A stretch of 64,000 nucleotides of DNA from Nemertoderma westbladi. Lineage: Eukaryota > Animalia > Xenacoelomorpha. The notes under the pieces were generated by a model. That model was not told the origin of the DNA, ran no database searches, and saw nothing but the letters and a program-made list of their open reading frames with translations. The stretch spans positions 62,001 through 126,000 of the forward strand of contig JAUCBJ010009058.1 of the NCBI GenBank assembly GCA_032718475.1, given 5' to 3'. Of the stretch, positions 61,297 through 64,000 are shown piece after piece. Position 1 is the stretch's first letter; every line of letters begins with the position of its first letter. The position numbers and the translations under genes were made by a program.

Positions 61297-64000
61297 CCAA
61301 TAACACAAATACTTACCACTTGGTCCCATAACCCAAATACTTACCAAACTGGGTCCCATAACACAAATACTTAACAATTGGTCCCATAACCCAAATACTT
61401 ACCACTTGGTCCCATGACCCAAATACTTACCAAATGGTCCCATGGCCCAAATACTTACCAATTGGTCCCATAACACAAATACTTAACAATTGGTCCCATA
61501 ACCCAAATACTTTACCACTGGGTCCCTTAACCCAAATACTTTACCACTTGGTCCCAAATACTTTACCACTTGGTCCCATAACCAAATTACTTACCACTTG
61601 GTCCAATAACCCAAATACTTTACCACTGGGTCCCTTAACCCAAATACTTTATCACTTGGTCCCAAATACTTTACCACTTGGTCCCATAACCCAATCACTT
61701 ACCACTTGGTCCCATAACCCAACTACTTTACCACTGGGTCCCTTAACCCAAATACTTTACCACTTGGTCCTATAACCCACGTACTTACACTCGGTCCCTT
61801 AACCCAAATACTTTACCACTTGGTCCCATAACCCAAATACTTTACCACTTGGTCCCATAACCCAATTACTTACCACTGGATCCCTTAATCCAAATACTTA
61901 CCACTTGGTCCCAAAACCCAAGTACTTACACTTGGTCCCTTAACCCAAATACTTTACCACTTGGTCCCATAACCCAAATACTTACCACTCTGTCCCATAA
62001 CCCAATTACCTACCACTGGGTCCCTGAACCCAAATACTTACCACTTGGTTCCATAACCCAAGTACTTACACTTGGTCCCTTAACCCAAATACTTTACCAC
62101 ATGGTCCCATAACCCAAATACTCACCATTCTGTCTCATAACCCAATTACTTACCACTGGGTCCCTGAACCCAAATACTTACCACTTGGTCACATAACCCA
62201 ATTACTTACCACTGGGTCCCTTAACCCAAATACTTACCACTTCGTCCCATAACCCAAGTACTTACCACTTGGTCCCATAACCCAAGTACTTACCACTTGG
62301 TCCCTTAACCCAAATACTTTACCACTTGGTCCCATAACCCAAATACTTTACTACTTGGTCCCATATCCAAATTTCTTACCACTGGGTCCGATAATCCCAA
62401 ATACTTTACCACTTGGTCCCAAATACTTACCACTCTGTCCCATAACCCAATTACTTACCACTGGGTCCCTTAACCCAAATACTTACCACTTGGTCCCATA
62501 ACCCAAGTACTTACCACTTGGTCCCTTAACCCAAATACTTTACCACTGGGTCCCTGAACCCAAATACTTACCACTTGGTCCCATAACCCAAGTACTTACC
62601 ACTTGGTCCCTTAACCCAAATACTTTACCACTTGGTCCCATAACCCAAGTACTTACCACTTGGTCCCTTAACCCAAATACTTTACCACTGAGTCCCTGAA
62701 CCCAAATACTTACCACTTGGTCCCATAACCCAAGTACTTACCACTTGGTCCCTTAACCCAAATACTTTACAACTTGGTCCCATAACCCAATTACCTACCA
62801 CTGGGTCCCATAACCCAAATACTTTACCACTTGGTGCCATAACACAAATACTTACCACTTGGACCCATAATCCAAACACATACCACTTGGTCCCATAACC
62901 CAAATACTTTACCACTTGGTCCCATAACCCAATTACTTACCACTGGGTTGCTTAACCCAAATTCTTACCACTTGGTCCCATAAACCTAAGCACTTACACT
63001 TGGTCCCTTAACCCAAATACTTTACCACTTGGTCCCATAACCCAATTACTTATCACTGTGTCCCATAACCAAAACACGTACCACTTGGTCCCATAACACA
63101 AATACTTACTTACCACTTGGTCCCATAATCCAAACACTTACCACTTGGTCCCATAACCCAAATACTTTACCACTTGGGTCCCATAACCCAATTACTTACC
63201 ACTGGGTTGATTAACCCAAATACTTACCACTTGGTCCCATAACCTAAGTACTTACACTTGGTCCCTTAACCCAAATACTTTACCACTTGGTCCCATAACC
63301 CAAATACTTTACCACTTGGTCCCATGACCCAAATACTTTACCACTTGGTCCCATAACCCAAGTACTTACCACTTGGTCCCTTAACCCAAATACTTTACAA
63401 CTTGGTCCCATAACCCAATTACCTACCACTGGGCCCCATAACCCAAATACTTTACCACTTGGTGCCATAACACAAATACTTACCACTTGGACCCATAATC
63501 CAAACACATACCACTTGGTCCCATAACCCAAATACTTTACCACTTGGTCCCATAACCCAATTACTTACCACTGGGTGGCTTAACCCAAATTCTTACCACT
63601 TGGTCCCATAAACCTAAGCACTTACACTTGGTCCCTTAACCCAAATACTTTACCACTTGGTCCCATAACCCAATTACTTATCACTGTGTCCCATAACCAA
63701 AACACGTACCACTTGGTCCCATAACACAAATACTTACTTACCACTTGGTCCCATAATCCAAACACTTACCACTTGGTCCCATAACCCAAATACTTTACCA
63801 CTTGGGTCCCATAACCCAATTACTTACCACTGGGTTGATTAACCCAAATACTTACCACTTGGTCCCATAACCTAAGTACTTACACTTGGTCCCTTAACCC
63901 AAATACTTTACCACTTGGTCCCATAACCCAAATACTTTACCACTTGGTCCCATGACCCAAATACTTTACCACTTGGTCCCATAACCCAAGTACTTACCAC
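61297..64000. repeat. 28/29-bp satellite (ACCCAAATACTTACCACTTGGTCCCATA)n derived from an ABCG exon end plus donor
   Basis: The reverse complement reads GTT ATG GGA CCA AGT G|GTAAGT (VMGPSG|donor). A higher-order repeat of about 598 bp is present; the array runs off the right edge. Confidence 0.93.

Overview
Eukaryotic, probably invertebrate, genomic DNA. Most of the window is intronic sequence of a host ABCG (White-like) half-transporter gene on the minus strand, which the ORF track misses. Five exons splice in phase by eye (54777-54605, 44808-44703, 4025-3925, 3790-3665, 3285-3156) and rebuild the nucleotide-binding domain. Two of the large satellites are tandem amplifications of an ABCG exon 3' end plus its GTAAG splice donor: a 56-bp array of about 400 copies and a 28-bp array. 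The 56-bp array turned an apparently 58-nt intron into one of at least 40 kb. A structurally complete 18,221-bp Polinton/Maverick (adintovirus-like) element sits in that array at 6739-24959, with AGTAGT termini, 486-bp TIRs and a 6-bp ACCCAG target-site duplication. It carries an integrase, packaging ATPase, two penton paralogues, major capsid protein, adenain protease and a damaged pPolB. It also carries an unusual accessory set: a TATA-binding-protein-like ORF, a PC4-like ORF, a RING-finger protein and a DEDD-like nuclease. The rest of the window holds RTE-like LINE fragments, MITE/foldback remnants, several minisatellites, a probable nested two-exon protamine-like gene and one 100-N scaffold gap. 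All homology calls come from motif recognition by eye; no searches were run.
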